Source: Paramecium tetraurelia (taxonomy: Eukaryota). From it: 64,000 nt of DNA. Under the pieces are notes generated by a model. It was not told where the DNA came from. It worked only from the letters and a program-made list of their open reading frames with translations, and made no database searches. Location: contig CT867990.1 in the NCBI GenBank assembly GCA_000165425.1, positions 62,001-126,000 on the forward strand, read 5' to 3'. How positions within the stretch are numbered: position 1 is the stretch's first letter; the number at the start of each line of letters is the position of its first letter. Below are positions 1-13,579 of the stretch, in pieces. The position numbers were made by a program, and so were the translations under genes.

Positions 1-311
1 TTACCTAAAATTGTTATCAGATTTTCTATTTTTTTGTATTAATATAAATGTACATCTAAATTTGTAAAAATGTCGACACACTTTTAGCTAATTCCTCTAT
101 CAGATGAGTGATGAGACCCAAATCGCCATTTTTAACTGAGGAAAGCAAACTGCATTCACTAAAACTCAATTTCATTTAAATTTAAATTATGAAATAATAA
201 AAGGGTCTGTTAATGGAAGACAGATTGTAATCACAGTATTTTTGTATATGAATTTGTGTTATAATTCTAGTTAATTAATATTAAAATCTGTTAAAATTAT
301 AGTTGTTAATA

Positions 312-2104
312 ATGAAATCAGACTCTTTGGCAGTAAGTGTATTATTTTTTGATTAGGAAGAATTATCAAATCAAGAACCCAATAGGTCGTGGAGCAGGTA
401 GTTTTGTGTGTAAAATTGTCAACCGTTTAACTAAAGTAGAAATGGCTGCCAAGATCATACAAAAAACTGTATAGAATGCGCAAAAAATATAAAATGAAGT
501 TACTATTCATTAAGAATTACATCATAAGAATATAGTGCATCTAATAGACATATTTGAAGATGCTGATAACAGTTATCTCATAATGGAATTATGTGATTCA
601 GATATCTATTAGTTGGTAAAAAAGGAACCATTCACCGAATAATAAATACGATATTATGGCAGAGAATTGGCAGAAGGCTTAAAGTATTTACATACTCACA
701 ATATAATCCACAGAGATATCAAATTAGGTAACTTATTGATCTAAAATGATACCCTTAAAATTGCAGATTTTGGATTGGCTGTAAAATTAAACAACGATGA
801 AGAAGAGAGAAACACTCTATGTGGAACTCCTAATTATATAAGTCCTGAAATCATAAACCAATAACCTTATGGAAAGAAAGTGGATTTGTGGAGTATGGGA
901 TGTTGCTTATATGCTATGGCTAAAGGACATGGACCCTTTGAAGAAAAGAATGCTCCTTTGGGTGAAGTTTTGAGAAGAGTCAAAATTGGCGATTTCGACT
1001 TACCCAAAGATTTCAGTGAGGTCTTTAAAGATCTAATAATCAATTTATTAAATTTGGATGCCGATTAAAGATACTCTATTGAAAAGATAATGAAACATCC
1101 TTTTTTTATTGAATCTATCCCACCTAAGGTTTAGAGTAGGAATCAATCTAGTTCATAAATTAAGTAACTTCTAGATTTGAGTCCTTTTGTAAAACAACAA
1201 TAACATAGATCTACTTGTTCGATGATTGGATTGGAGAAATAATAAATTGTAGCTTCTTTTATATAGAAATAATAACAATTAGGAGGAAAGAAGCTCTTAT
1301 TTGGTTAAACTACCAATAGCAAAGGAGGGTTAAAATAAAATTATCACCTGGAGAATGTTCCTCGATTTTTCTTGCCTTAAGAATCTCATTCTAATAACAC
1401 AAGCTGTAATCATTACAATAAAGAAAACATTTACAAAGAAAACTGCAATAAGGAAAACATAAGAGACAACAGTGTCAAACTAATAAAACATAATTCTTCA
1501 ACCATTAATGTTTATAATGAATCTCCGATAAAATTAGGGGATTTAAAACAATGTAAGTTATAGACAAAGAATGGATTATTGTAAATACATGAAGATGGCA
1601 GATTTTAAATGGATGTATGCAATAAAGATTTAAACTTTATTATTTAACCAAATGGATAAGAAGTAATTCTTATATTAATATGATAGGTTTTGGTTCAAAA
1701 AAAGGGGTAAAAACCAAAACAATATAGATTAAATGAACTACCTTAAAAACTGTAGAAGTTTTATACTTATTCAAAACAAGTTTGTAATGCAATCAGGGAA
1801 AGGAATTAAAAACAAAGGATTAATAATGAACATGGAAATTTTGCTTTGAAAAACACAAAATTAGGATAATGTTTTGAAGGATACATAGCATAGTCTAAAA
1901 TAAAAGTACATTCTTTATTAATAATATGATTAGATTTAACACATATTGAATTCAGATACAATAAAATTGTAAATGTAAAATGGATCTATCAAATCTATAA
2001 ACATAAATGAATTTCATGAGTTATCTACTTAAGCTAGAATGGATCCTAGTGAGGTTTATTCAATAAAAATAGCTCTCAAGTATTTACCTCAATGTTAATA
2101 ATGA
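312..2104 (+). CDS. Polo-like kinase 4 (SAK)-like Ser/Thr kinase with cryptic-polo-box-like C-terminus
   Basis: Ciliate-code translation with tiny introns: [50 protein letters not shown]-terminal [25 protein letters not shown]...[20 protein letters not shown] resembles PLK4 PB1. Confidence 0.85.
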
Positions 2105-2410
2105 TTTATTAGTTAGAATTATTTATCTTTTTCATTAACAACAAATGACTATCTATGAATATCTCTTAACTCATATTTCTTGCATTTCAAAGAAGTTTCT
2201 ATAATTAAAAGGTGTTAATCTTCTCTTTATTAAATTTATTCAAAAATATATGAATTTTCAATAATCTCAGGATAATCTCATTTGTTTGTTATTTTTGTTC
2301 CTTTTTATTTGGAATATTTTCATCTTCACGCCTCTCAAATTAATTAATTATGAGTCCCTTCTCCTTGCTATTAATTTCATAGTCCTTTTTCATGTATAGC
2401 CTTTTGAATC

Positions 2411-2805
2411 TCAGATATAGATTTCATCCTATATCAATCTATTAAATTTAAGGTTGTTCTTCTCTTTCATTTTTGTTAGAAAAGCAATATTGCCTAAAAT
2501 TCTGTTTCTATAAAATTTATACCAGGAGGTACTAGAATTTAAAACTATTTCATAACTGTAGCTTATTCAAAATCTTATTTGTATTTTGTTTACAGTAATT
2601 AGAGATACAGTCTTTCATTCTTGGTCTCCTTGAAGCAAATTGGAATTTGTTTATAATCATCAGATTCAGATTCAGATTGCTGATCTTCTTTGACAGCTTT
2701 CTCATCAGTTATGTGTATGACACTGGTTTTGACTATGAAGAATGACTATTTTCATCTAAGGTTTCTTTGGTTCTAGAGGAGGATTAGAGTTATTGTCAGA
2801 ATCAT
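2411..2805 (-). pseudogene. Possible decayed gene or hypothetical protein
   Basis: Coding-like frame (DEKAVKEDQQSESESDDYKQIPICFKE...) but all three frames hit TGA upstream and I found no clean intron that repairs it. Confidence 0.25.
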
Positions 2806-2823
2806 AATAGACTAACTTTTATA

Positions 2824-3330
2824 TCATAACAATTATTCAACTATGTATTCAACTAACATACGAGCATTCGATAGTAATGTAGTACGTGAAGTTATCTGGG
2901 TAATTAGATCATCTTTCTCAGCATTTAGAATATTGCTCACTTTCTTCTATTACTCACACAAAGTTTCTAATTATTCTTATGGAACACTTAAATGCTTATA
3001 ATTTCTAATTGTAAAATAGTTATACTGTCCTAGTAATTCCCATCTAAAGCGTAAATGCTTATAATATCGATTCTTCACCATAGCCAAAGTTTTCCCAGGA
3101 AAATGTCTGTGAATCTTTTAGAATTTAGGACCGTTATTCAATACTAACTACAGAATCAGCCGATCTTCCTCCTCAGTGAACCTTTGTCCTGACTTTTTAC
3201 TATTTGATCCATCCATCCCTCTTCTCTTTTTTCTATGATAATCATATTCATTTTTCTTCTTTTATTTTTTTGATCCTCCAAGTTTATTTGGTTAATCATT
3301 CTAAGATGATCTTTCTTCATTGCACTCCAT
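2824..3330 (-). CDS. Myb/SANT DNA-binding domain protein
   Basis: GQRFTEEEDRLILQLVLNNGPKFQKIHRHFPGKTLAMVKNRYYKHLR, a single Myb repeat; ATG 3330, TGA 2824. Confidence 0.85.
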
Positions 3331-3841
3331 AAACTTCTAAATTCTCTAATTTTAATAATATGAATTAATATTTGATACAACAAAAGATGTCATTAAATTA
3401 ATTCATAAATGCACTACATCTTATGAATTCTACAAAATTAATCAATCCCCTAAAATATTGTGATTTAACCAATATTTCTACTCAACTTTATTTTTAAAAT
3501 AAAATTACAATGTATTTTAGTTTATTTATAATTCTATTCGCCTACTCTCATGTAATCAAGTATTATTTCTAATAATAAACTGCATTAAATAGGAGATTAA
3601 AATTCATTTAAATATCATTAACTCTAATTCTACCTTTAATTTCAAATATAAAATCAAATTGAAAAACTCAAATAGAAATAATAAATTATCAAAATCACTA
3701 TCCTCCTTTTAAATATTATAATATCATATAAAACGATAGTATATTAAGTCTTTTAAGAATGTTGTTTTTTTTGAATAAATTACAATCAACATATTTAAAA
3801 CTATCATACAATTTTCCAGGTTATTATATTATTTTCTAATA

Positions 3842-5023
3842 ATGAATAAATTAAAAAATAATGTTATTAGAAGCATTCCAAATCTACATCAAGATATGAA
3901 AGTAGAGCATGGCAAAATATTGAGTGCAATCAAGTCTAATTAAATCTAAGAAACAAAAGCTGTGAAATATATTGATTTGGAACTGAAAAGGAAAATTAAT
4001 ACATCAATTAGAGAGAATATTACAAGTGTAAGCTCAGAGAGATAATAACCAAAAAAAGCAGAGAAAATTGATGGGAAAGTGGCAACAATTGTAGAATTGA
4101 TTAAATAAGACTTGCTTCCAATTTTGAATAATCAAAATAATAGAATTGAGAAATTAGAGAGGAGAATTAAGGTAAAGAATGATCCAGAAGATGATAGCAA
4201 TTTATGTTAGTTTTCAATTATAGCTGACAAAAAATCAAATTCAGTTGTAGAAAATGAAATTTAGAATTTATCCGTTAGTGTTGATGAAATAAATAAAAAT
4301 TTAACTCGTCTGGATAAATTTGTTAAATATCAATTCGTAAAAAGTAAATGTCAACCTTCGGAAATACAAGAAAATAAGAATAAAATGAGTGGTTCATAAA
4401 TCTCGGATAAATATAAGACAGAATGTAGTTAATAACAAATGGAAACTTAGTAAACAACTCAATAAATTTAATAATATCTCACAGTATAATTATAAGAAAT
4501 AAAGCATTGGATAAATAAATCATCTATCTAATAATAAAAGGAAATTGAAGTTAAACTAAATTTAATGGAAACTCAATTTTATCAATTTTTATATCAGCCA
4601 CTAGAAGTGTTGAGATAACTCTAAACAAATTAAATGGATTTTTAGATAAAGATTAAATAAATGGAATAATTACTTAACCCTTAAGTTGATGTGAATTGTA
4701 TTAAAAATGAAATTAACCATGATGTAAATACAATTCATAATGGTCATTTTTATCTAAAAGATTCTTTTTAGAAAGTAGTTGAAGAGAATCTTAAAGACAT
4801 GTAAAGTTAGTATTGCACAGAATGTCACACATAGTTATAATTCAACGATATCAATTAGATAAAAATTTCATAATAAATAATGCACCATATTTTTGATGAA
4901 TAAATTAAGAAATTAATTGAATTAAAAATTGACATAAGGCAATGTTTGAAATGCTAATTTTATTATATTAATGATTAATTATGTGAAACTCAGTAAAGTA
5001 TTTTTGTTAAATAATGTACTTGA
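3842..5023 (+). CDS. Hypothetical coiled-coil protein with degenerate C-terminal Cys/His (RING-like) motif
   Basis: Long Q/E/K-rich frame; C-terminal CTECH...HHIF...CLKC. Confidence 0.6.
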
Positions 5024-5092
5024 TTTAGAATAGATATGTTAAATCAATTAATAAGCAGTTTATATTATTTATATTAACACACTATATTTATA

Positions 5093-5548
5093 ATGGGTTG
5101 TAATGCACAAAAAGGAATCAAGAATCTAAAATCACACATCTCTACATAGCCTGTTGAATAATTTGAAGAGAGCGGCACTCTATGTCATATATGCAAAGTC
5201 AACTTAAAATAGGAATCAATCTATCTTGATACTTGTGGGCATTCATACCATTCGAAATGCATGATCAGTCTTATTGAGAAGTAAGTAGATGTTAAAAAAT
5301 AAAATGTAATCAAATGTACATGCGGAACAAAAACCACAACCAACTAAATTCGTTAATCCACTTTACCAAATAAGCTCATCCTTTTGAATTCATTATTTAG
5401 GAAACAATTAGAAATACTATTGAAATAATTGAGAAAAAAACCGGACTTTAATTTAATATTATAACAATTCGAAACATCTGCGTAACATCCTGATTTCTAT
5501 TTCTTCCCAAATTAAAATTAACTTGAATATGAAGAAACTCCTTTTTGA
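5093..5548 (+). CDS. Small RING-finger protein with MGC N-terminus (likely acylated)
   Basis: MGCNAQK...CHICK...CGHSYHSKC...KCTC. Confidence 0.75.
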
Positions 5549-5929
5549 GTATCTTATTTGTAATATTAACTTGTAAGCATTTTTATTCAATATTTTTTGT
5601 CCTTCTTGCTAAAGTTCTATTGATTTTATTATAAACAATTAGATAGTGTAATTGTATTATAAAAACAATGGAATATACATAGGTCATTATAAACCAATTT
5701 CCAAAATAAGCAATGAAATAACAATAATTAATTATTTTTATATTTAAATGATGAGTAATTATACTTGGTTTCACTTCTTCTTATTACAAGACGACGTAGA
5801 ATGTATAATTCCAAGTAATTTATCTAAATTTACCCAAATTTTGCTATTTTATTCCAATATTAAGATTTTATTATTGAATGTATCTAATCTTTAATTCCAA
5901 GTATAATTTAATTAATTATATTTTATAAG

Positions 5930-6649
5930 ATGGGAAATAAGAAAAAATTCCTACAAAAACTTTTTCGTATTCTTTAAGTAGTATTACAATAATGATGTTA
6001 GTCAAATTAACATGAAGATTGTATCTAATGGAGCTAGGATGGGAATTCAATTTTAATTATTTCTGCTGAATTATTTCAGGAAAAGGTAATGCCCTTCAAT
6101 TTTAATTCAACAAAAATTTCAGCGTTTTATAGGCAATTGAGTCAGTATGGATTTAAAGTGAAATAAAATGAGAAAAAACAAAAATAATTTCACCATTCTA
6201 ATTTTTAAAAAGGAAATATGTAATACAATAATATTTTATCTATTAGAGAAAAATTAATAGCCTTAGAGAAGAGAGAAAAATTATAAAGTCACTTAGATTA
6301 CAGAAGTAGTTTAAGTGAAGAAAATAAAAAATTAAATAATGAGTTAAAACTCCTACAAAAATAGTAATTGGTAATTTAAGCTTAATTGAATATCCACACG
6401 AAGATATATCTACAGATTTGTAAATAGATTAAAGGCATATATGAAGTAATAAAATTATAAATTTAGTTTTATTTTAGGTGTGATGAGGACTCTAAGGATT
6501 GTACTGTTTTTTTTGATACACTCATATCTGTATCTAAAGGATTCAACCCTGAGATTGCTTCAAATATTTTTGAAGAACTTAAAAATATAGGAGGTCCAAC
6601 AAGTCCTTAGCTTTCCCCACTTCTTTTTCCTTACCTAAAAATTAATTGA
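5930..6649 (+). CDS. HSF-type DNA-binding domain protein
   Basis: KFLQKLFRIL...CIQWSQDGNSILI...FNSTKISAFYRQLSQYGFKV followed by a coiled coil; tiny introns. Confidence 0.85.
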
Positions 6650-6790
6650 AAAATTTGAAATTATTTATTCTAAATTATAAAACAATTCAAAATTTCTTAT
6701 GAAAATTTATTATACTTCATTAATGTATAATTTTTTTGAGCTTATTTTACAGCTAATTATCTAGCTTTCTGAAACTGATATATTAACGTT

Positions 6791-6863
6791 GCCCATGTGG
6801 CGCAATTGGTAGCGCGACAGCCTTCTAAGCTGTAGGCTGCAGGTTCAATCCCTGCCATGGGTG
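6791..6863 (+). tRNA. tRNA-Arg, anticodon UCU, intronless
   Basis: Cloverleaf: acceptor GCCCATG/CATGGGT, D-arm GCGC/GCGC, anticodon arm ACAGC-CTTCTAA-GCTGT, T-arm GCAGG-TTCAATC-CCTGC, discriminator G. Confidence 0.95.
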
Positions 6864-6864
6864 A

Positions 6865-6872
6865 TTTTTTTT
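6865..6872 (+). terminator. Pol III oligo-T terminator of the tRNA gene
   Basis: T8 run directly after the tRNA 3' end. Confidence 0.7.
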
Positions 6873-7199
6873 AATAATTTTTTAAGTAGTTTTATGTATA
6901 TTGTAATTTAAACTGGTCAATTAATGTTTTGCTCTAATAAGAATGAATGCTCAACTTTGAGTTTGTTCATAATTTTTTGAATATGAATCAAGTGTTGTTT
7001 GAACATTCAATCAATTTAAAAATTACCATTCTTCATTCAAATCTGATATTATATTTTATGTATATTTTACACTACTAAGATTCAGATTGAAATATACTCA
7101 TTTTTAATTGAAAACACTCTAAATAAGAGATAGTATTTTATGTGAAATAAGTTTGTTGTTAAGTAAATAATAAATAAATTAAAATCAATTTTATATAAA

Positions 7200-9032
7200 T
7201 CAAAACTAATAGGTACAAACACTGCATATTTTAAGATTTTCATTATTTTCATCATTATAATTTTTTAATTTAATGGTTTTGTTATTTTTTTAAAAAGGCG
7301 CCTATCTTAAGACTAATTTAAATGGTTAATTTTTCACTGTTTCCATGAAAGGTGAAAGTAAATGTTTCATACACCTAATTCCATCAATCAGTTGTTTAAA
7401 ATATACTTTTTAAAGAATTTGATATCCTTTGTTAATCTATTTAGATTCCCTCAATTTGATATATTTATATAGTTTAAGACCCTGGAATGCAAGACTTACT
7501 AGTTTCCTTTTCTATTACCTCTGTCTTTTCTGTCTATTTTATTCTAGGACTCTTTTCATTGCATAAAATAAACTTGATAAATAGACAACTTAAGGGTAAT
7601 CTAAAAATCTAGTATTCTCTTATTCTACATTATTAATTCTTCGGAAATATCTTTTGATTCTTTTTTGAAATACTTTATTTAATGTTGATACCAAAGATTA
7701 AGCTTTTTGTTATCTTAATATCTCCCCTTTAACATCTGAATAACTCTTAGTAATTGTTTTCTCTTCTTCTATATTAATAACTTATTCTTCTTCTCTGGGA
7801 GATATTTCAAACTTGGATGGTCTTAAGAGTAATTTCTAAGGTGCTGGTTCTTCAGAGGATACTCTCTAAAATGGTTTCTATTTCCTCCTGAGAGTACGAA
7901 CACTCTAAGGAACACTTTGAATAGCATTTTATTTTAGATATGCAACTTAGGATACTAAATTTTTGAGCTCAGTTAACTTTAAGGTGGCAATTTACAATAT
8001 CGATTACACGTATTCTTGACGAAAAGGAAAGACTGGAAAGTATTGGAAAAACAACTCTTTCTCGTAATTGGGTATTGTCCTTTGTTTTCTGTATGTATTT
8101 GAAATGACTTCTTAGCATTTGATTTTATCCTTGAGAAATGTCGGAACTGTCTAAGCTATTTTGTGAGGTTCTTCTTGTGGTATGAGATCATTATCCTTCG
8201 GGTATAAATCAGAGGAGATATGCAATTGTGGTTTTTGGATTTTGAGGAATACTTTATAATAATTAGTTTTATCTCCATCATTTAATCTTATCAAGTAGTC
8301 AATAAATGCAGCATAATGATTGGAAGATTGCAATTTGATGATATCTTGAAATGTTTCATGATGTATCTTCTTCATTTCTTTGGTTTATGCTTAATCAAGT
8401 TCTTAACTATATGATATTGATTGAAGTAATTTGGATAAGTTCTGAAGAGAGGATGAATTGAGGAATGGTAACATTCTATCAATGAATTGCCAATCAATTT
8501 GTAACAAGAGATCGTTAGAGACAACCCTTAATTGTGACTGTTGATCAATCTCTTTAGTTGCACTTCTTAAGGATAATACTTTTTATATGTTTAACATCTA
8601 AATATTAAGTTATTATATCCATGGTACGAGCCATCTCGAAACAATTTCAGCCTGGATTCTTTGAGCTTTGACTATTCTCATGTCAACTGTCATTCCATCT
8701 AGTCTCTTAAGCTTTGGAAACAAATTATAACACACATCATGAGAATCATAAACAGTTAATGGATTGGTGTGAATTGATAAGTATTAGAGATTCTTATTAG
8801 CTTTTTGAAGTTCATTGATATCAACAATTTGATTATTTGATAGAGATAGGCTTTTTAATTATTTGAATTATTCAATGCCATCCAAAATTGATATGTTATT
8901 ATGACTAAGATGAAGATGCTATAAATTTAGAAATGGGGAGTTGTGAACTAATTTGCCAATTCGGATAATTTATTTTGAAGAGAGATTTAAGCTTTTATTG
9001 AACTAATTTGGTAGCAGTTAACATAATTCCAT
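7200..9032 (-). CDS. Leucine-rich repeat (SDS22-like) protein with long helical C-terminus
   Basis: LQHLHLSHNNISILDGIEQFKQLKSLSLSNNQIVDINEL...LQYLSIHTNPL...FPKLKRLDG (LRR cap). Confidence 0.8.
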
Positions 9033-9081
9033 AATAATAATTAAATATTTATTATAAATTAGAAAAGTATATTTTATTAGG

Positions 9082-11585
9082 ATGATCAAGCAGTCTATGA
9101 ATTTTTCATTGAAATAAAGAAGAACTCAGTCATCGGAACCTTTGTTTGATGAGGAAGTATTTGGAGAACTGAAAAATGAAAAGGATTTTGAGATGAGATT
9201 GCAACAATTGAGTGAGATACAACATATTCATCAAATGACTCAGAGTTCTGGAATTTCTATGTCTTCAGGTAGAAGCAAAGCTGGTAAACATTAGATGGTG
9301 GAGAGTTATGCTTATTTAATTTAAGAGATGGTGCATAATAAGGAATTACAGTAATTTTGTCACTAATTTGGATTCTCAATACAGGAATTGGAACAATATA
9401 GTTCTATTGAAGAGAGACAGAATTTTGTAATAAGAGCAATGTGTAAACACATAAAGGAATAGATGCAAAGTATAATTATGATTAAATAGGTTTGTTGTCT
9501 AAGGTTGAATTAAGAATGCATTCGTATAGAGTGGATGAATGGAATGAATTACAAAGAATGAACAAACAGAACATCAATATATTTGAATGGTTGAATGTCA
9601 AATCCAAATATGAGCATTTGAGGAAGAAACTGCAATATGCTTTAATTGATAGTATAACTGCAACTCAAGCCAAATAGTAATAGGAGAAAAGAAATAGGAC
9701 ATTCAGCTAGTCCAATGCATCACAGATAAGCAGGACAAGTACGACATGTGCTACATCTACTAGAAGGAGGTAGTCATCTATTTCAGAAGTGATCACAGTT
9801 AATCCAAAAGTGTAATTGGTGTCTCAGTATAAGGACTTTAAGACACAATGGAATGAGGATCTAGAGAAATAGTACAGGTTGAAAGGAAGATCACATAAGG
9901 TTTTGGGATTGTATCCTGTTATTTAGAAGGCCATTTTAGATAATGTAGGGTAGAGTGTTTGGAATCAACAGAGAGACAGGTTACTCACAAAATATACTGA
10001 AGGAGGGTGTTTAACAGAAGAAGAAGTCAAATTCATAGCCACTACTTCCTAATTATTGAATAGTTGTTCAGATAAGGAATTTCTATAGAAGACCATATCT
10101 CATTTGGATAAAAATATTATAGATGAAATTGAATTCAACATAGCTGAATGTATATTGGCAACATATACAAATATATCCAATGAAGTTAAATCAATTCGCT
10201 AAGTTTGGCTTAAAAAGATTGGGGCAAATCTCGAATAGTAAGTGAAGGATACTCATTACAGTGTCTTGAGGAAGATGTAATTGCAGAAGAGTTAGAAGGA
10301 ACTCGAGAAGGTTAAAGTGAAGATGGTTACAGTATTTAAAGATTTGCAAAGGAAACATTCATTGAAGTTATAATAGGAATTAGATAAGGATTGGTATATT
10401 TAATAGCAGAAGGGTGTCAATAAAGTTATTCTGAAATTCAAAGAGAAATTAATGAAAAAAGTTAAAAAGTATAGAAATGAAAAGAATCTTGGGATTACTC
10501 ATGATTTTATTACTAGGAATATTCCAAAATAAGAATCTCTGTTGTTTAAAATCAATAAAGAAATGAAGTCGACGGAATTCGTCTAACGGTTATTTCATCC
10601 TCCTTCAAAGTTAATTGTTAAGAATCCTGGGTCTCAAACTGAGAGAGCCATTAAGGAGGAATAAAAGTACAAAGTTAGATCCTCCAGTACTAAAAGATAG
10701 TCTGAGTTTAAGAGATATCTTAGTGGTGGTCCATAGACAGAGAGACAGTTTGTTTCTAAGGCTTTGGTTGATTAGAATCAATAGAAAATTAGTGGACACA
10801 AGAATCCTCATGAATGGATTACTAGTGAAATAGAAGTGACTGCAATTAATAAGATTAAGGCAGCAATTAAAGCCTATCTTCAAAGAAAGAAGTATTAGAA
10901 ATAGAAGCAATTGAAATAAGAGTAGGAGGAATTAAAAAAGAATGTATTGGCATCTTTTGTAAAGAAGAATCCAGAAAGAATCGAAAGGATAGAATTAGAA
11001 GTGAATAATGTTATTAAAAGTTTGACTCTAAATAAATAAAAGAGTTAATCAAGTATTTATTCTTCAAAATAACGAATACAATCTGATATGAAATTGAAGA
11101 CTAGAAAGTTGTTTTAGGCTGCTAAAAAACGATGTCTAAACATTGCAATTCAATCAGGCTTTATGTATACAACTGAAGATGCCAATCAGAAGGACGAATT
11201 AGGCAGAACTCCTCTTTCTTATGCTGCTGAGAATGGAGATGAAGCCATTTGCAATTATTTATTAAAAATTGGAAGCAATATCAATATTCCCAGTTTCGAT
11301 GGCATGACTCCTATGCATTTTGTGTTTAAGAGCAATTCAGTGTCTCTGATTATGAGATTCATCCAATTGGGAGGCAATTTGAACAAAATGAATACTGATG
11401 GATTGACTCCAGTGGCCTTTTGCAATCACGAAACATTAAAGAAGCTAAATCTTAATCAGATGATCTCTTCCTCTCTTAAATTAGGATCATTTGACAATCA
11501 CTCGATTTTGAATAAGAAATATCCTCAACACTCCGATATAATAGAAGCATTGGAATTTTCGGGTAATTTCAGTAAATTATAATGA
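9082..11585 (+). CDS. Large helical protein with C-terminal ankyrin repeats
   Basis: Long ciliate-code frame; DELGRTPLSYAAENG...DGMTPMHF...DGLTPV; TGA at 11583. Confidence 0.8.
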
Positions 11586-11623
11586 GAATTAATTTGTTAT
11601 ATACTAAATTAATTTATTAAAAA

Positions 11624-13069
11624 TCAAATTTTTTTGTAAGGTACACAAGTATTGAAATTGATCTTTAAATCATTTTATATTGGACCTGCCAATATAGTCT
11701 ATTCAATTTAGGAGATGAAAATGTTCTTGGTGTATTTGCATATAAACAGGAGGTAATTAAGAGTCGGGGGCAATTGGATACAAATGGTGTCTGTTTCTTT
11801 GTAGATGGATAAGAAGATGGGGATGGGTTTGTTTTCAGAGTGTCGTTTCCTCTTTTTCTCTTGATGCTCGTATATCTAAGTGAGAATCTGGTAAACTTGA
11901 ATCATGTATATGCGAATTAAATTGATATAGCCTGTGAATACGATGGTTTGATCTCCTTTCACAAAGAAATCGAATTATTTTTATTTCTGGTAAATAGCAT
12001 TCAACTTTTTAATTAATTTATAAAGTTATATTTCCTGAATGGTAAAATCATTAATTAGAAGTAGTGACATCATTCCCCAATTAAAAAAGACTTGACAAGA
12101 TTTGTTTGATGATTGTTTAATGTAAAAGCTCATAGACTTTTTGATTGACATCATTAGAGTCAGATCTGTATTCTGAGTTAGTGTATTATCTAATATAATA
12201 ATTTTATGTGTGTAATCAACACCAATATTTATGATTCGGATTTTAAATTTATATTTTCCATTGTGCACATTAATTGTGCCTGTAATGAGCTCCTGTAGTT
12301 AGTAGCCCAACTCTTTGTCGTCGCTTTTGTACATTCTCAGAAAACTTCTCACATTACATCCCTAACACATCTAATCACAATAGGAGGGGAACCTTTCAAC
12401 CTCATTCCAACTAAGCACATTATATTATAACAAATTCTTATTGTAAGTGATTTGGAAATACGGTTTCTTTATAATCTCCGGTAATTGCTGACACCATATA
12501 TTCTCGCAAACATTTTACAGAAATTCCTTACGCGAATGGGAATCACTAATGTAAATAACCATGGAAATTATTATTGCTGCTCCCACACTCATCAAAATAT
12601 CCTGTGGATCGACACTCTCTGTTTAGTAGATCGTGATTGACGATTTTATTAATGTATGACAAATTACCTGAACAACACTATCCAAAAAATCTGAAACAAA
12701 GTAAGCACAAGTCTAGAATTATGTAAAATTGCTTCCGTAACTATAGTACATCTAGGGTGAAGTGGTATCAGTAAAATTCATCTACAACAAAGCTGTTGAA
12801 ATATTAGCCACCATCAGAGTGTATCTAATGTGAATGGGCCATTTAATGCTCACCGGAACTAGGACAATGATGATACCGATCAGAGTATAATTGATATATT
12901 TAGTGAATGGCTTGAATTCTACAATATCAAGTATCACTTTAGAAATATTCAGAATCAAACCCAAAGCCATAAAGAGATAAAATACCCTCTTTCTTATTTT
13001 TTGAATTTTTTCTTCCTGATACTGAAGTTCAAGCTCTGGATTGTTAAATTTCAGTGTAAAATTATTCAT
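11624..13069 (-). CDS. Multi-pass membrane protein with cytoplasmic domain resembling a degenerate histidine kinase (paralog A)
   Basis: MNNFTLKFNNPELELQYQE, several hydrophobic helices, VCENIWCQQLPEIIKKP, CQGCNVRSFLR; collinear with 15490-16893. Confidence 0.7.
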
Positions 13070-13579
13070 AATTTAATAATAATCATTGCTTCTAATTTTT
13101 TCCATTATCATCCTAATACTGGGAATTTCAGATTTTGTTGTTCTCCCTCAAGGCTACATCCAAATTCAATCACCCAACCTTCAAAAGCTATTTTTTAGAG
13201 AATCTCTACATCTCTACTTTACGTTATTAGATTTTAGATTTTGTGATAAGTTTAATACCAAAATAAATCAAATTGTGTTATTTTACTAATCAAATAATTT
13301 AAGATGTTTCAAGTAAAAGCATTCTAATTTTCATATTAAATACTTCTAAATGAATTTCATTATTCGATCAATTCTATTGATATTATTCAATAGTATAAAA
13401 TAACCCAAATATTGATACGAAGTACTTGATATTAGATGAAGTCAAGTTTAATGGAAATGTAATTAAATTAGGGCTAAAAGTTGGATTAGTGTTTATTTAA
13501 CTTACAAAAGAGAGGTTGTACTTTAAAATATATTTCATATATTAATATTATTGCATATTTATCATCAATTTGATTTCCC

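Noticed and set aside
100..170. GTGATGA...CTGA resembling a C/D snoRNA
   Set aside because: Boxes only about 21 nt apart, with no terminal stem or recognisable rRNA guide.
6791..6863. Reading the tRNA as a CUA (UAG-decoding Gln) tRNA
   Set aside because: In the 7-nt loop CTTCTAA the centred anticodon is TCT (Arg); CTA is off-register.
10611..10910. Short ORF-track entries antisense or out of frame to real genes (also 41188-41535, 49935-50240, 57526-57762)
   Set aside because: Shadow frames of longer ciliate-code genes.
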